Sequence record: PP274704.1
DNA length: 64,000 nucleotides
From: Escherichia phage ECp13
Reading direction: 5' to 3' (one strand)
This document shows positions 18,932 through 28,604 of this stretch, piece by piece (positions within the stretch are counted from its first letter, which is position 1; every line of letters starts with the position of its first letter). The position numbers and the translations under genes were made by a program. The notes beneath the pieces were generated by a model, which saw only the letters and a program-made list of their open reading frames with translations, had not been told where the DNA came from and did no database searches.

Positions 18932-21628
18932 ATGAAAGAATTTTATATCTCTATCGAAACAGTCGGAAATAACATTGTTGAGCGTTATATTGATGAAAAT
19001 GGAAAGGAACGTACTCGTGAAGTAGAATATCTTCCGACTATGTTTAGGCATTGTAAGGAAGAGTCAAAATACAAAGACATTTATGGTAAAAATTGTGCTC
19101 CTCAAAAATTTCCATCAATGAAAGATGCACGAGACTGGATGAAGCGAATGGAAGACATCGGTCTCGAAGCTCTTGGTATGAACGATTTTAAACTCGCTTA
19201 TATCAGTGATACATATGGTTCAGAAATTGTTTATGACCGAAAATTTGTTCGTGTAGCTAACTGTGACATTGAGGTTACTGGCGATAAATTTCCTGACCCA
19301 ATGAAAGCAGAATATGAAATTGATGCTATCACTCATTACGATTCAATTGACGACCGTTTTTACGTCTTTGATTTGTTGAATTCAATGTACGGTTCAGTAT
19401 CAAAATGGGATGCAAAGTTAGCTGCTAAGCTTGACTGTGAAGGTGGTGATGAAGTTCCTCAAGAAATTCTTGACCGAGTAATTTATATGCCATTCGATAA
19501 TGAGCGTGATATGCTCATGGAATATATTAATCTCTGGGAACAGAAACGACCTGCTATTTTTACCGGTTGGAATATTGAGGGATTTGACGTTCCGTATATT
19601 ATGAATCGCGTTAAAATGGTTCTCGGTGAACGCAGTATGAAACGCTTCTCTCCAATCGGTCGAGTAAAATCTAAACTAATTCAAAATATGTACGGTAGCA
19701 AAGAAATTTATTCTATTGATGGCGTATCTATTCTTGATTATTTAGATTTGTACAAGAAATTCGCATTTACTAATTTGCCATCGTTCTCTTTGGAATCAGT
19801 TGCTCAACATGAAACCAAAAAAGGTAAATTGCCGTACGATGGTCCTATTAATAAACTTCGTGAAACTAATCATCAACGATACATTAGTTATAACATCATT
19901 GACGTAGAATCAGTTCAAGCAATTGATAAAATTCGTGGGTTTATCGATCTAGTTTTAAGTATGTCTTATTACGCTAAAATGCCTTTTTCTGGTGTAATGA
20001 GTCCTATTAAAACTTGGGATGCTATTATTTTTAACTCACTGAAAGGTGAACATAAGGTTATTCCTCAACAAGGTTCGCACGTTAAACAGAGTTTTCCAGG
20101 TGCATTTGTGTTTGAACCTAAACCGATTGCTCGTCGATACATTATGAGTTTTGACTTGACGTCTCTGTATCCTAGCATTATTCGTCAGGTTAACATTAGT
20201 CCTGAGACTATTCGCGGGCAGTTTAAAGTTCATCCAATTCATGAATATATCGCAGGAACAGCTCCTAAGCCAAGTGATGAATATTCTTGCTCTCCGAATG
20301 GATGGATGTATGATAAGCACCAAGAAGGTATCATTCCAAAGGAAATCGCTAAAGTATTTTTCCAGCGTAAAGATTGGAAAAAGAAAATGTTCGCGGAAGA
20401 AATGAATGCCGAAGCTATTAAAAAGATTATTATGAAAGGTGCAGGGTCTTGCTCAACTAAACCAGAAGTTGAACGATATGTTAAGTTCAGTGATGATTTC
20501 TTAAACGAATTATCGAATTACACCGAATCTGTTCTTAATAGTCTGATCGAAGAATGTGAAAAAGCAGCTACACTTGCTAACACAAATCAGCTGAACCGTA
20601 AAATTCTTATTAACAGTCTTTATGGTGCTCTTGGTAATATTCATTTCCGTTACTATGATTTGCGAAATGCTACTGCTATCACAATTTTCGGTCAAGTCGG
20701 TATTCAGTGGATTGCTCGCAAAATTAATGAATATCTGAATAAAGTATGTGGAACTAATGGTGAAGATTTCATCGCAGCAGGTGATACTGATTCGGTATAT
20801 GTTTGTGTAGATAAAGTTATTGAAAAAGTAGGTCTTGATCGCTTTAAAGAACAAAATGATTTAGTTGAATTCATGAATCAGTTTGGTAAGAAAAAGATGG
20901 AACCTATGATTGATGTTGCATATCGTGAGTTATGTGATTATATGAATAACCGCGAGCATCTGATGCATATGGACCGTGAAGCTATTTCTTGCCCTCCGCT
21001 TGGTTCAAAGGGTGTTGGTGGATTTTGGAAAGCGAAAAAACGTTATGCTCTGAACGTTTATGATATGGAAGATAAGCGATTTGCCGAACCGCATCTAAAA
21101 ATCATGGGTATGGAAACTCAGCAGAGCTCAACACCAAAAGCAGTACAAGAAGCTCTCGAAGAAAGTATTCGTCGTATTCTTCAGGAAGGCGAAGAGTCTG
21201 TCCAAGAATACTACAAGAACTTTGAGAAAGAATATCGTCAACTTGACTATAAAGTTATTGCTGAAGTAAAAACTGCGAACGATATAGCGAAATATGATGA
21301 TAAAGGTTGGCCAGGATTTAAATGCCCGTTCCATATTCGTGGCGTACTAACTTATCGTCGAGCTGTTAGCGGTTTAGGTGTAGCTCCAATTTTGGATGGA
21401 AATAAGGTAATGGTTCTTCCATTACGTGAAGGAAATCCATTTGGTGATAAGTGCATTGCTTGGCCATCAGGCACAGAACTTCCAAAAGAAATTCGTTCTG
21501 ACGTACTGTCTTGGATTGACTACTCAACTTTGTTCCAAAAATCGTTTGTTAAACCGCTTGCGGGTATGTGTGAATCGGCAGGTATGGACTATGAGGAAAA
21601 AGCTTCGTTAGACTTCCTGTTTGGCTGA
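18932..21628 (+). CDS. 43: DNA polymerase gp43 (family B)
   Basis: 898 aa; exo and pol motifs (DIE, YGDTDS-like). Confidence 0.95.
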   Translation: MKEFYISIETVGNNIVERYIDENGKERTREVEYLPTMFRHCKEESKYKDIYGKNCAPQKFPSMKDARDWMKRMEDIGLEALGMNDFKLAYISDTYGSEIVYDRKFVRVANCDIEVTGDKFPDPMKAEYEIDAITHYDSIDDRFYVFDLLNSMYGSVSKWDAKLAAKLDCEGGDEVPQEILDRVIYMPFDNERDMLMEYINLWEQKRPAIFTGWNIEGFDVPYIMNRVKMVLGERSMKRFSPIGRVKSKLIQNMYGSKEIYSIDGVSILDYLDLYKKFAFTNLPSFSLESVAQHETKKGKLPYDGPINKLRETNHQRYISYNIIDVESVQAIDKIRGFIDLVLSMSYYAKMPFSGVMSPIKTWDAIIFNSLKGEHKVIPQQGSHVKQSFPGAFVFEPKPIARRYIMSFDLTSLYPSIIRQVNISPETIRGQFKVHPIHEYIAGTAPKPSDEYSCSPNGWMYDKHQEGIIPKEIAKVFFQRKDWKKKMFAEEMNAEAIKKIIMKGAGSCSTKPEVERYVKFSDDFLNELSNYTESVLNSLIEECEKAATLANTNQLNRKILINSLYGALGNIHFRYYDLRNATAITIFGQVGIQWIARKINEYLNKVCGTNGEDFIAAGDTDSVYVCVDKVIEKVGLDRFKEQNDLVEFMNQFGKKKMEPMIDVAYRELCDYMNNREHLMHMDREAISCPPLGSKGVGGFWKAKKRYALNVYDMEDKRFAEPHLKIMGMETQQSSTPKAVQEALEESIRRILQEGEESVQEYYKNFEKEYRQLDYKVIAEVKTANDIAKYDDKGWPGFKCPFHIRGVLTYRRAVSGLGVAPILDGNKVMVLPLREGNPFGDKCIAWPSGTELPKEIRSDVLSWIDYSTLFQKSFVKPLAGMCESAGMDYEEKASLDFLFG

Positions 21629-21640
21629 TAGAAAAAATCT

Positions 21641-21663
21641 AGGGACCTCCGGGTCCCTTTTTC
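21641..21663 (+). terminator. rho-independent terminator after gene 43
   Basis: GGGACC-UCCG-GGUCCC followed by TTTTT. Confidence 0.75.
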
Positions 21664-21745
21664 ATACAAGTAATATAAATCTATACTTAGGAAAAATAGA
21701 TGATTCTAGGTCCTGTAAATTCATTAAAAATTTTTTCACAAAACT

Positions 21746-21775
21746 GTTTACAAGACTGTTCCTCTGTGGTACTAT
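21746..21775 (+). promoter_or_regulatory. T4-type early promoter
   Basis: GTTTAC 21746-51, 18-nt spacer, TACTAT; ~40-bp block nearly identical to 48462-48500. Confidence 0.55.
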
Positions 21776-21809
21776 TACTCTATCAACCAATACAAATTTG
21801 GAGAATGAA

Positions 21810-22190
21810 ATGAAAATTGCTATTTTGGTTATTGCATTGGGTCTTACTGGTTGTGTAGCTCAAGGACCAGTAGTAAATCAGTCTGATGCAGGAAAAATTG
21901 TAAACTGTTCAAGCAAATTTTATAATCCTAACGTCAAGTGTTATAAAGAAGCTCCAAAACAGACAGTAGAACAAATGCAGGCGAATTTTGACGAAGCTAT
22001 TCGTCCAGATGAATCTGCTCAAGCATATCGTAATTCAGATGTAATTACACGCGAAGAAAAAATTGAAAACTACTGCGCCGAACTTTGGGCTAATTGGGCT
22101 AATAATTACCAATGGCGAACTGGTAAAAATGCTCCAATGGAGTATGTAGTGAATTCTTATAATTCATGTGTAAAAAATTTGACTAAGTGA
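21810..22190 (+). CDS. putative lipoprotein, 126 aa (imm.1-position ORF)
   Basis: ATG 21810 after GGAGA; signal MKIAILVIALGLTGC; upstream part of track ORF is translated promoter. Confidence 0.5.
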   Translation: MKIAILVIALGLTGCVAQGPVVNQSDAGKIVNCSSKFYNPNVKCYKEAPKQTVEQMQANFDEAIRPDESAQAYRNSDVITREEKIENYCAELWANWANNYQWRTGKNAPMEYVVNSYNSCVKNLTK

Positions 22191-22197
22191 GGAAAAG

Positions 22198-22449
22198 ATG
22201 GAAACTTTAGTAGCAGGTTCAATTTTTATGGTTTTAGTTTCATGCGTGTTGGCTATTATTATATACATGCTTCCATGGTTCATCGCCTTGATGCGCGGGT
22301 CAAAATCGACAGTAGGAATCTTTTTCACATCTTTACTGTTTAACTGGTCAATTATTGGTTGGTTTATTACATTTATTTGGTCAATTGCGGGTGAAACTAA
22401 AAAATCTGTGCAGCAAAATCAAGTAATTATCATCAGAGAGAAGGAATGA
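22198..22449 (+). CDS. imm: superinfection immunity protein Imm
   Basis: 83 aa membrane protein; matches recalled T4 Imm. Confidence 0.8.
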   Translation: METLVAGSIFMVLVSCVLAIIIYMLPWFIALMRGSKSTVGIFFTSLLFNWSIIGWFITFIWSIAGETKKSVQQNQVIIIREKE

Positions 22450-22595
22450 AAAGCAAAATTTTAACAGTATTGCTTTTAATCTTGATGATTATAATAAGTA
22501 TATACTATAGCGTAACGGTTCCTTGTATGATTCCAACGCTTATTATAGGGTGGAGTTTATTACTGTTACAAGTTAAATATGAATGTATCAATTGA
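22446..22595 (+). CDS. small membrane peptide, 49 aa
   Basis: ATGA overlap with imm stop; strongly hydrophobic; below ORF-track cutoff. Confidence 0.4.
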   Translation: MKSKILTVLLLILMIIISIYYSVTVPCMIPTLIIGWSLLLLQVKYECIN

Positions 22596-22602
22596 GGTTT
22601 AA

Positions 22603-23343
22603 ATGATTAATGACTCTTTGACAGTTGAAGAAACTCGTCTTCATTTGGGAATTGCGTTAAAGGAAAAAGATTTCGTAATTGATAAAACTGGCGTTAAAAC
22701 TATTGAAATTATTGGCGCATCATTTGTAGCAGATGAACCGTTTATTTTTGGCGCTCTTAATGATGAATACATTCAGCGTGAACTTGAATGGTATAAATCT
22801 AAAAGTTTGTTTGTTAAAGATATTCCGGGTGAAACACCGAAGATTTGGCAACAGGTAGCATCTTCTAAAGGCGAAATTAACTCGAATTATGGTTGGGCCA
22901 TCTGGTCAGAAGATAACTATGCCCAGTATGATATGTGTTTAGCTGAACTTGGTCAAAATCCTGATTCTCGACGTGGTATCATGATTTATACTCGTCCATC
23001 CATGCAGTTTGACTACAATAAAGATGGTATGTCAGATTTCATGTGTACGAATACAGTACAGTACCTGATTCGTGATAAGAAAGTCAATGCAGTAGTAAGC
23101 ATGCGTTCAAATGACGTGGTCTTCGGATTCCGTAATGATTATGCATGGCAAAAATACGTACTAGATAAATTAGTATCTGATTTGAATGCAGGTGATTCAA
23201 CTCGTCAGTATAAAGCAGGTTCCATTATATGGAATGTCGGGAGCCTTCATGTGTATTCCCGTCATTTTTATTTGGTTGACCATTGGTGGAAAACTGGCGA
23301 AACTCATATTGCGAAAAAAGATTATAACGGTGAGTGGAAATGA
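22603..23343 (+). CDS. 42: dCMP hydroxymethylase gp42
   Basis: 246 aa, thymidylate-synthase-like fold motifs. Confidence 0.9.
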   Translation: MINDSLTVEETRLHLGIALKEKDFVIDKTGVKTIEIIGASFVADEPFIFGALNDEYIQRELEWYKSKSLFVKDIPGETPKIWQQVASSKGEINSNYGWAIWSEDNYAQYDMCLAELGQNPDSRRGIMIYTRPSMQFDYNKDGMSDFMCTNTVQYLIRDKKVNAVVSMRSNDVVFGFRNDYAWQKYVLDKLVSDLNAGDSTRQYKAGSIIWNVGSLHVYSRHFYLVDHWWKTGETHIAKKDYNGEWK

Positions 23344-24182
23344 TTCAATTCGTAATTCCAAGCTATCAACGCGTAGGGGCAGTTTCTGCCCTTGATATGT
23401 TTCCGACTGATTATGAACCTCATATTGTAGTACGTGAACACGAAGAAAAAGCTTATTATGACGCTTACGGGTCTAGAGCTAAAATTATAACTATTCCTGA
23501 TGATGTTAATGGAATTGCTGGTACTCGTAAAGCAATTACTGATATGTATGCAGGTCAACGAATTTGGATGATTGATGATGATACTACTATTCGTATGAGT
23601 TCAATGCGAAAGAAAGATGATCGTCGCTGCGTAGATAAAATTAATCAGTTAACTCGTGAACAGTTCTATGAATTGATTCAATACGTTGAAGATGCCATGG
23701 ATTGCGGGTATTATCACGGTCATGCTCGTCTACCTATTTTTAAAATTACTTCATCTTGGGGTAATTATCGTGAAAATTCATATGGATTCACGAATACTTG
23801 GTATGACCTCGGGAAACTTACAACAGAACAAATTGGGTATGGAAAAATTGATTTATGCGAAGATATGTATGCATTTCTCAATTTAATTAATCAAGGTTAT
23901 CCGCATTTGGCCTTGTTCAAATATCTGGTTGTGTCTGGAAAAGCACAGGCTCCTGGCGGATGTAGTTCAATTCGTAGTAATTCAAAACATAATAGAGCTC
24001 TTGAGCAAATCAATAGAGAGTTTCCAGAGCAAGCTCGTTGGAAAACATCGAATATCGAAAAGAGAAAATCGTTGGGTGAAGAAGACGAGCCATTAAAAGT
24101 TCTTCGCATGTGTGTTTCGCGCAAAGAAAAATCAGAAGCATTTCATAAGTTTAATGCTATTCATCCAATAGCAGTTGATTAA
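23340..24182 (+). CDS. glycosyltransferase, not T4 beta-gt; likely T2/T6-type beta-alpha-glucosyltransferase
   Basis: 280 aa, ATGA overlap with gene 42; DxD motif in WMIDDDTTI; does not match recalled T4 BGT sequence. Confidence 0.6.
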   Translation: MIQFVIPSYQRVGAVSALDMFPTDYEPHIVVREHEEKAYYDAYGSRAKIITIPDDVNGIAGTRKAITDMYAGQRIWMIDDDTTIRMSSMRKKDDRRCVDKINQLTREQFYELIQYVEDAMDCGYYHGHARLPIFKITSSWGNYRENSYGFTNTWYDLGKLTTEQIGYGKIDLCEDMYAFLNLINQGYPHLALFKYLVVSGKAQAPGGCSSIRSNSKHNRALEQINREFPEQARWKTSNIEKRKSLGEEDEPLKVLRMCVSRKEKSEAFHKFNAIHPIAVD

Positions 24183-24206
24183 TGCCTAAATTTATTGTGT
24201 TATAAT
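24183..24206 (+). promoter_or_regulatory. possible middle promoter for uvsX (TGCCT MotA-box-like + TATAAT)
   Basis: ATGCCTAAA 18 nt upstream of TATAAT 24201-24206; imperfect MotA box. Confidence 0.3.
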
Positions 24207-24259
24207 TACTCTATCTTTAACCAGTGAGGAAAATATAATGTTGCCTATGGAAAAAATGA

Positions 24260-25441
24260 ATGTCTATTGCAGATTTAAAATCCCGTTTGATTAAAGCTTC
24301 CACTTCTAAAATGACTGCTGAACTGACTACATCTAAATTCTTTAATGAAAAGGATGTAATCCGTACAAAAATTCCAATGCTTAATATCGCTATTTCTGGT
24401 GCGATTGATGGTGGTATGCAGTCTGGTTTAACCATTTTTGCAGGTCCTTCTAAACACTTTAAATCAAATATGTCTTTGACTATGGTTGCGGCGTATTTGA
24501 ACAAATATCCTGACGCGGTATGTCTATTCTATGATAGCGAATTTGGTATTACTCCAGCTTATTTGCGATCCATGGGAGTTGACCCGGAACGAGTAATTCA
24601 TACACCAATCCAGTCAGTTGAACAGCTGAAAATTGATATGGTGAATCAGCTTGAAGCTATTGAGCGTGGTGAAAAAGTTATTGTATTCATCGACTCAATT
24701 GGTAATATGGCTTCTAAGAAAGAAACGGAAGATGCCTTGAATGAAAAATCTGTGGCAGATATGACTCGTGCTAAATCACTGAAGTCATTATTCCGTATTG
24801 TTACTCCTTATTTTAGTATTAAAAACATTCCATGCGTTGCGGTTAACCATACAATTGAAACAATTGAAATGTTTAGTAAAACCGTGATGACAGGTGGTAC
24901 AGGCGTAATGTATTCGGCTGATACCGTATTCATTATCGGTAAGCGCCAGATTAAAGATGGTTCTGATCTTCAGGGGTATCAATTTGTTCTAAATGTAGAA
25001 AAATCTCGTACCGTTAAAGAAAAAAGTAAATTCTTTATTGATGTTAAATTTGACGGTGGTATCGATCCTTATTCTGGATTGTTAGATATGGCTCTTGAAT
25101 TAGGATTTGTGGTAAAACCTAAAAATGGCTGGTATGCTCGTGAATTTCTTGACGAAGAAACCGGCGAGATGATTCGCGAAGAAAAATCTTGGCGTGCAAA
25201 AGATACCAACTGCACTACATTCTGGGGTCCTTTATTTAAGCATCAGCCATTCCGAGACGCTATTAAACGTGCTTATCAGTTAGGTGCTATTGATAGTAAT
25301 GAAATTGTTGAAGCTGAAGTTGATGAATTGATTAACTCAAAGGTTGAAAAATTTAAATCTCCAGAAAGTAAAAGTAAATCAGCAGCTGATTTAGAAACTG
25401 ACCTAGATCAGTTAAGTGATATGGAAGAATTTAATGAATAA
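24260..25441 (+). CDS. uvsX: recombinase UvsX (RecA-like)
   Basis: 393 aa; Walker A GPSKHFKS; matches recalled T4 UvsX. Confidence 0.9.
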   Translation: MSIADLKSRLIKASTSKMTAELTTSKFFNEKDVIRTKIPMLNIAISGAIDGGMQSGLTIFAGPSKHFKSNMSLTMVAAYLNKYPDAVCLFYDSEFGITPAYLRSMGVDPERVIHTPIQSVEQLKIDMVNQLEAIERGEKVIVFIDSIGNMASKKETEDALNEKSVADMTRAKSLKSLFRIVTPYFSIKNIPCVAVNHTIETIEMFSKTVMTGGTGVMYSADTVFIIGKRQIKDGSDLQGYQFVLNVEKSRTVKEKSKFFIDVKFDGGIDPYSGLLDMALELGFVVKPKNGWYAREFLDEETGEMIREEKSWRAKDTNCTTFWGPLFKHQPFRDAIKRAYQLGAIDSNEIVEAEVDELINSKVEKFKSPESKSKSAADLETDLDQLSDMEEFNE

Positions 25442-25778
25442 AGATGATTTAGATTTAGATCTAGAAATTATCGATGAATCCCCCTCTTCGGAGGGGGAAG
25501 AAGAAAGAAAAGAACGTCTTTTTAATGAATCTCTTAAGATAATTAAATCTGCCATGGAAAATGTTATCCAGGAGATTGTTATTAAACTAGAAGACGGTTC
25601 TACACACATTGTGTATGTGACAAAATTAGATTGGGTTGATGGAAAAGTCGTAATGGACTTTGCTGTTCTTGACCAAGAAAGAAAAGCTGAGTTAGCTCCT
25701 CATGTAGAAAAATGTATTACAATGCAACTACAAGATGCATTTAATAAAAGGTCAAAGAAAAAATTTAAATTCTTTTAA
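25434..25778 (+). CDS. 40: head vertex assembly chaperone gp40
   Basis: 114 aa from ATG 25434 (SD GGAAG), overlapping uvsX stop. Confidence 0.65.
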   Translation: MNKDDLDLDLEIIDESPSSEGEEERKERLFNESLKIIKSAMENVIQEIVIKLEDGSTHIVYVTKLDWVDGKVVMDFAVLDQERKAELAPHVEKCITMQLQDAFNKRSKKKFKFF

Positions 25779-25787
25779 GGAGTAAGT

Positions 25788-27215
25788 GTGGTAGAAATTA
25801 TTCTTTCTCATCTCATATTTGATCAAGCTTATTTTTCAAAAGTTTGGCCATATATGGATTCAGAATATTTTGAAAGTGGTCCAGCTAAAAATACATTCAA
25901 ATTAATTAAATCTCATGTTAATGAGTACCATAGCGTTCCATCTATTAATGCGTTAAATGTTGCATTAGAAAATAGTTCATTTACTGAAACAGAATATTCT
26001 GGTGTAAAAACACTTATTTCGAAACTAGCCGATTCTCCAGAAGACCACAGCTGGTTAGTAAAAGAAACAGAAAAATATGTTCAGCAAAGGGCGATGTTTA
26101 ATGCTACGTCTAAAATAATTGAAATTCAAACCAATGCTGAGCTTCCTCCGGAAAAACGAAATAAGAAAATGCCGGATGTTGGTGCTATTCCTGACATTAT
26201 GCGCCAAGCATTATCAATTTCATTTGATAGCTACGTTGGTCATGATTGGATGGATGACTACGAAGCACGTTGGCTATCTTATATGAATAAAGCTCGTAAG
26301 GTTCCATTTAAACTCAAAATTCTAAATAAAATTACTAAAGGCGGAGCTGAAACTGGAACACTAAACGTTTTAATGGCTGGTGTTAACGTTGGTAAGTCAT
26401 TAGGTCTGTGTTCATTGGCAGCAGATTATTTACAGCTCGGTCATAATGTTCTTTACATTTCAATGGAAATGGCAGAAGAAGTCTGTGCTAAGCGTATTGA
26501 CGCTAATATGCTTGATGTTTCTCTTGATGACATTGATGACGGGCATATTTCTTACGCTGAGTATAAAGGAAAAATGGAAAAATGGCGTGAGAAATCTACT
26601 CTCGGCCGTTTAATCGTTAAGCAATATCCTACTGGTGGAGCAGACGCTAACACATTTCGATCGCTTTTAAACGAATTGAAGCTCAAGAAGAATTTTGTTC
26701 CAACAATCATTATTGTTGACTATCTGGGTATTTGTAAATCTTGCCGCATTAGAGTTTATTCAGAAAATAGTTACACAACTGTTAAAGCTATCGCAGAGGA
26801 ATTGCGTGCTCTGGCTGTTGAAACTGAAACTGTTCTTTGGACTGCAGCACAGGTTGGTAAACAAGCTTGGGATTCTTCTGATGTTAACATGAGCGATATC
26901 GCAGAATCTGCCGGTCTTCCAGCAACAGCCGATTTTATGCTTGCGGTCATTGAAACCGAGGAGTTAGCAGCTGCTGAACAACAACTCATTAAGCAAATCA
27001 AATCACGATATGGTGATAAGAATAAATGGAATAAGTTTTTGATGGGTGTTCAAAAAGGAAATCAGAAATGGGTAGAAATTGAACAAGATTCTACTCCAAC
27101 TGAAGTGAACGAAGTAGCAGGTTCACAGCAGATTCAGGCTGAACAGAATCGCTATCAAAGAAACGAATCTGCTCGAGCTCAGTTAGATGCTTTGGCAAAT
27201 GAATTAAAATTTTAG
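25788..27215 (+). CDS. 41: replicative DNA helicase gp41 (DnaB-like)
   Basis: 475 aa, GTG start after AAGGAG; Walker A GVNVGKS. Confidence 0.95.
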   Translation: MVEIILSHLIFDQAYFSKVWPYMDSEYFESGPAKNTFKLIKSHVNEYHSVPSINALNVALENSSFTETEYSGVKTLISKLADSPEDHSWLVKETEKYVQQRAMFNATSKIIEIQTNAELPPEKRNKKMPDVGAIPDIMRQALSISFDSYVGHDWMDDYEARWLSYMNKARKVPFKLKILNKITKGGAETGTLNVLMAGVNVGKSLGLCSLAADYLQLGHNVLYISMEMAEEVCAKRIDANMLDVSLDDIDDGHISYAEYKGKMEKWREKSTLGRLIVKQYPTGGADANTFRSLLNELKLKKNFVPTIIIVDYLGICKSCRIRVYSENSYTTVKAIAEELRALAVETETVLWTAAQVGKQAWDSSDVNMSDIAESAGLPATADFMLAVIETEELAAAEQQLIKQIKSRYGDKNKWNKFLMGVQKGNQKWVEIEQDSTPTEVNEVAGSQQIQAEQNRYQRNESARAQLDALANELKF

Positions 27216-27245
27216 TTTACAAGCTGACAAGACTATGGTATAGTA
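27216..27245 (+). promoter_or_regulatory. T4-type early promoter
   Basis: GTTTAC 27216-21, 18-nt spacer, TGG-TATAGT; 9-bp inverted repeat 27228-36/27245-53 brackets the -10. Confidence 0.5.
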
Positions 27246-27273
27246 GTCTTGTTGGTTAAATGAGGAGATTGTT

Positions 27274-27456
27274 ATGGAATTGGTAAAGGTAGTTTTTATG
27301 GGGTGGTTTAAGAACGAAAGCATATTTGCTAAAGAAATCACAATGATGAAAGATGACGTTCAATGGGCTACTACTCAATATGCTGAAGTTAATAAAGCGC
27401 TAGTTAAAGCTTTCATTGATGACAAGAAAGTATGTGAAGTGGATTGCCGAGGATAA
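27274..27456 (+). CDS. dmd: Dmd-like protein (antitoxin against host RnlA/LsoA in T4)
   Basis: 60 aa, directly downstream of gene 41 as in T4 (61.5). Confidence 0.6.
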   Translation: MELVKVVFMGWFKNESIFAKEITMMKDDVQWATTQYAEVNKALVKAFIDDKKVCEVDCRG

Positions 27457-27457
27457 T

Positions 27458-27715
27458 ATGCATATTGTTTTATTTAAACCTACTCCGTATAATGTCAGGA
27501 AAAATACTCAATTCAAAGCACTTATTGCAGATACGTGGGAATTAGTATTAGATATTCCAGCAGAAGAAAGTCCTCCATTTGGTCGAGTGGAATTTATTAA
27601 GTTTGCTGTGCGCCCTACGAAGCGACAGATTCGTCAATGCAAAAGATACTTTCGTAAAATCGTCAAGTTAGAGAAACAGTTTGTAACATGTGATTATACA
27701 GAAGTTTTAAAATAA
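27458..27715 (+). CDS. hypothetical protein, 85 aa
   Basis: ATG 27458 after GAGGATAAT. Confidence 0.5.
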   Translation: MHIVLFKPTPYNVRKNTQFKALIADTWELVLDIPAEESPPFGRVEFIKFAVRPTKRQIRQCKRYFRKIVKLEKQFVTCDYTEVLK

Positions 27716-27717
27716 TT

Positions 27718-27747
27718 GTTTACTTTTATTGGAAATTGAGATACTAT
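27718..27747 (+). promoter_or_regulatory. T4-type early promoter
   Basis: GTTTAC 27718-23, 18-nt spacer, TACTAT. Confidence 0.5.
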
Positions 27748-27773
27748 AAACATAAACTACTGAGGAGATTATC

Positions 27774-28067
27774 ATGAAAAAATTTATCTTTGCTGCAATT
27801 TTTGCTTTATCTTCTTGCGCTGCTCAGCCTGCTATGGCGGGTTATGACAAAGATTTGTGTGAATGGTCTATGACTGCAGATCAGACTGAAGTTGAAACTC
27901 AAATTGAAGCGGATATTATGAATATCGTTGAGCGTGATCATCCTGAAATGAAAGCTGAAGTGCAAAAACAACTTAAGTCTGGTGGTGTAATGCAGTATAA
28001 TTACGTTCTGTATTGCGATAAAAACTTTAATAATAAAAATATCATCGCTGAAGTGGTAGGTGAGTAA
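27774..28067 (+). CDS. sp: spackle periplasmic protein (Sp-like)
   Basis: 97 aa with signal peptide MKKFIFAAIFALSSCAAQPAMA; size and position match T4 sp (61.3). Confidence 0.65.
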   Translation: MKKFIFAAIFALSSCAAQPAMAGYDKDLCEWSMTADQTEVETQIEADIMNIVERDHPEMKAEVQKQLKSGGVMQYNYVLYCDKNFNNKNIIAEVVGE

Positions 28068-28079
28068 TTAGAGGTTAGT

Positions 28080-28436
28080 ATGTACAGTTCTGAATTTTCA
28101 TATTTAAAAATGGAAAAAATTTCATACGATTTCATAGATGAAAAGATTTATTACAGCTTCCATGAACCGCGTTTTAATAGTGAGGTTGGGTTTATTGTAG
28201 TAAAAGACAATTTCATTTTAAAGATATATTCGGCATTAAAGGATTTTCATTACGAAAATATTAACCTAAAATTTGATAAAGAAAACGTTCGTAATTGTGC
28301 AGTAACAATTACAGGAAATAAAGGTACATGTGTTATGCTATCTGATGAAATTAATGATTTGTTAAATGATGTAGAAAAGGTTGCTATTCCATCTATTGAT
28401 GACCAAATTTTTAATGCTTTTATGAATAGAGGTTAA
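28080..28436 (+). CDS. hypothetical protein, 118 aa
   Basis: ORF between sp and 61. Confidence 0.5.
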   Translation: MYSSEFSYLKMEKISYDFIDEKIYYSFHEPRFNSEVGFIVVKDNFILKIYSALKDFHYENINLKFDKENVRNCAVTITGNKGTCVMLSDEINDLLNDVEKVAIPSIDDQIFNAFMNRG

Positions 28437-28437
28437 T

Positions 28438-28602
28438 ATGAAAACATATAAAGAATTTATTAAAGAAGATATGGTAGCTGGAGATTCAGGTGGTAATCCT
28501 GAAAATATCTCCACTGGAACAACGTCAGGTGCTGTAGTAAATAAAGGTCCTGAACAGATTCCTAAAAAGAAAAAAGAGGAATCTAAAGAAAAAGAAGAGT
28601 AA
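28438..28602 (+). CDS. hypothetical Lys/Glu-rich protein, 54 aa
   Basis: hand-translated ORF; below ORF-track cutoff. Confidence 0.45.
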   Translation: MKTYKEFIKEDMVAGDSGGNPENISTGTTSGAVVNKGPEQIPKKKKEESKEKEE

Positions 28603-28604
28603 AA

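Noticed and set aside
21621-21809. N-terminal extensions of track ORFs 21621..22190 and 48385..48633 (shared KLFTRLFLCG peptide)
   Set aside because: The shared peptide is a translated repeated early promoter; real starts are the downstream ATGs with Shine-Dalgarno sequences (21810 and 48520).
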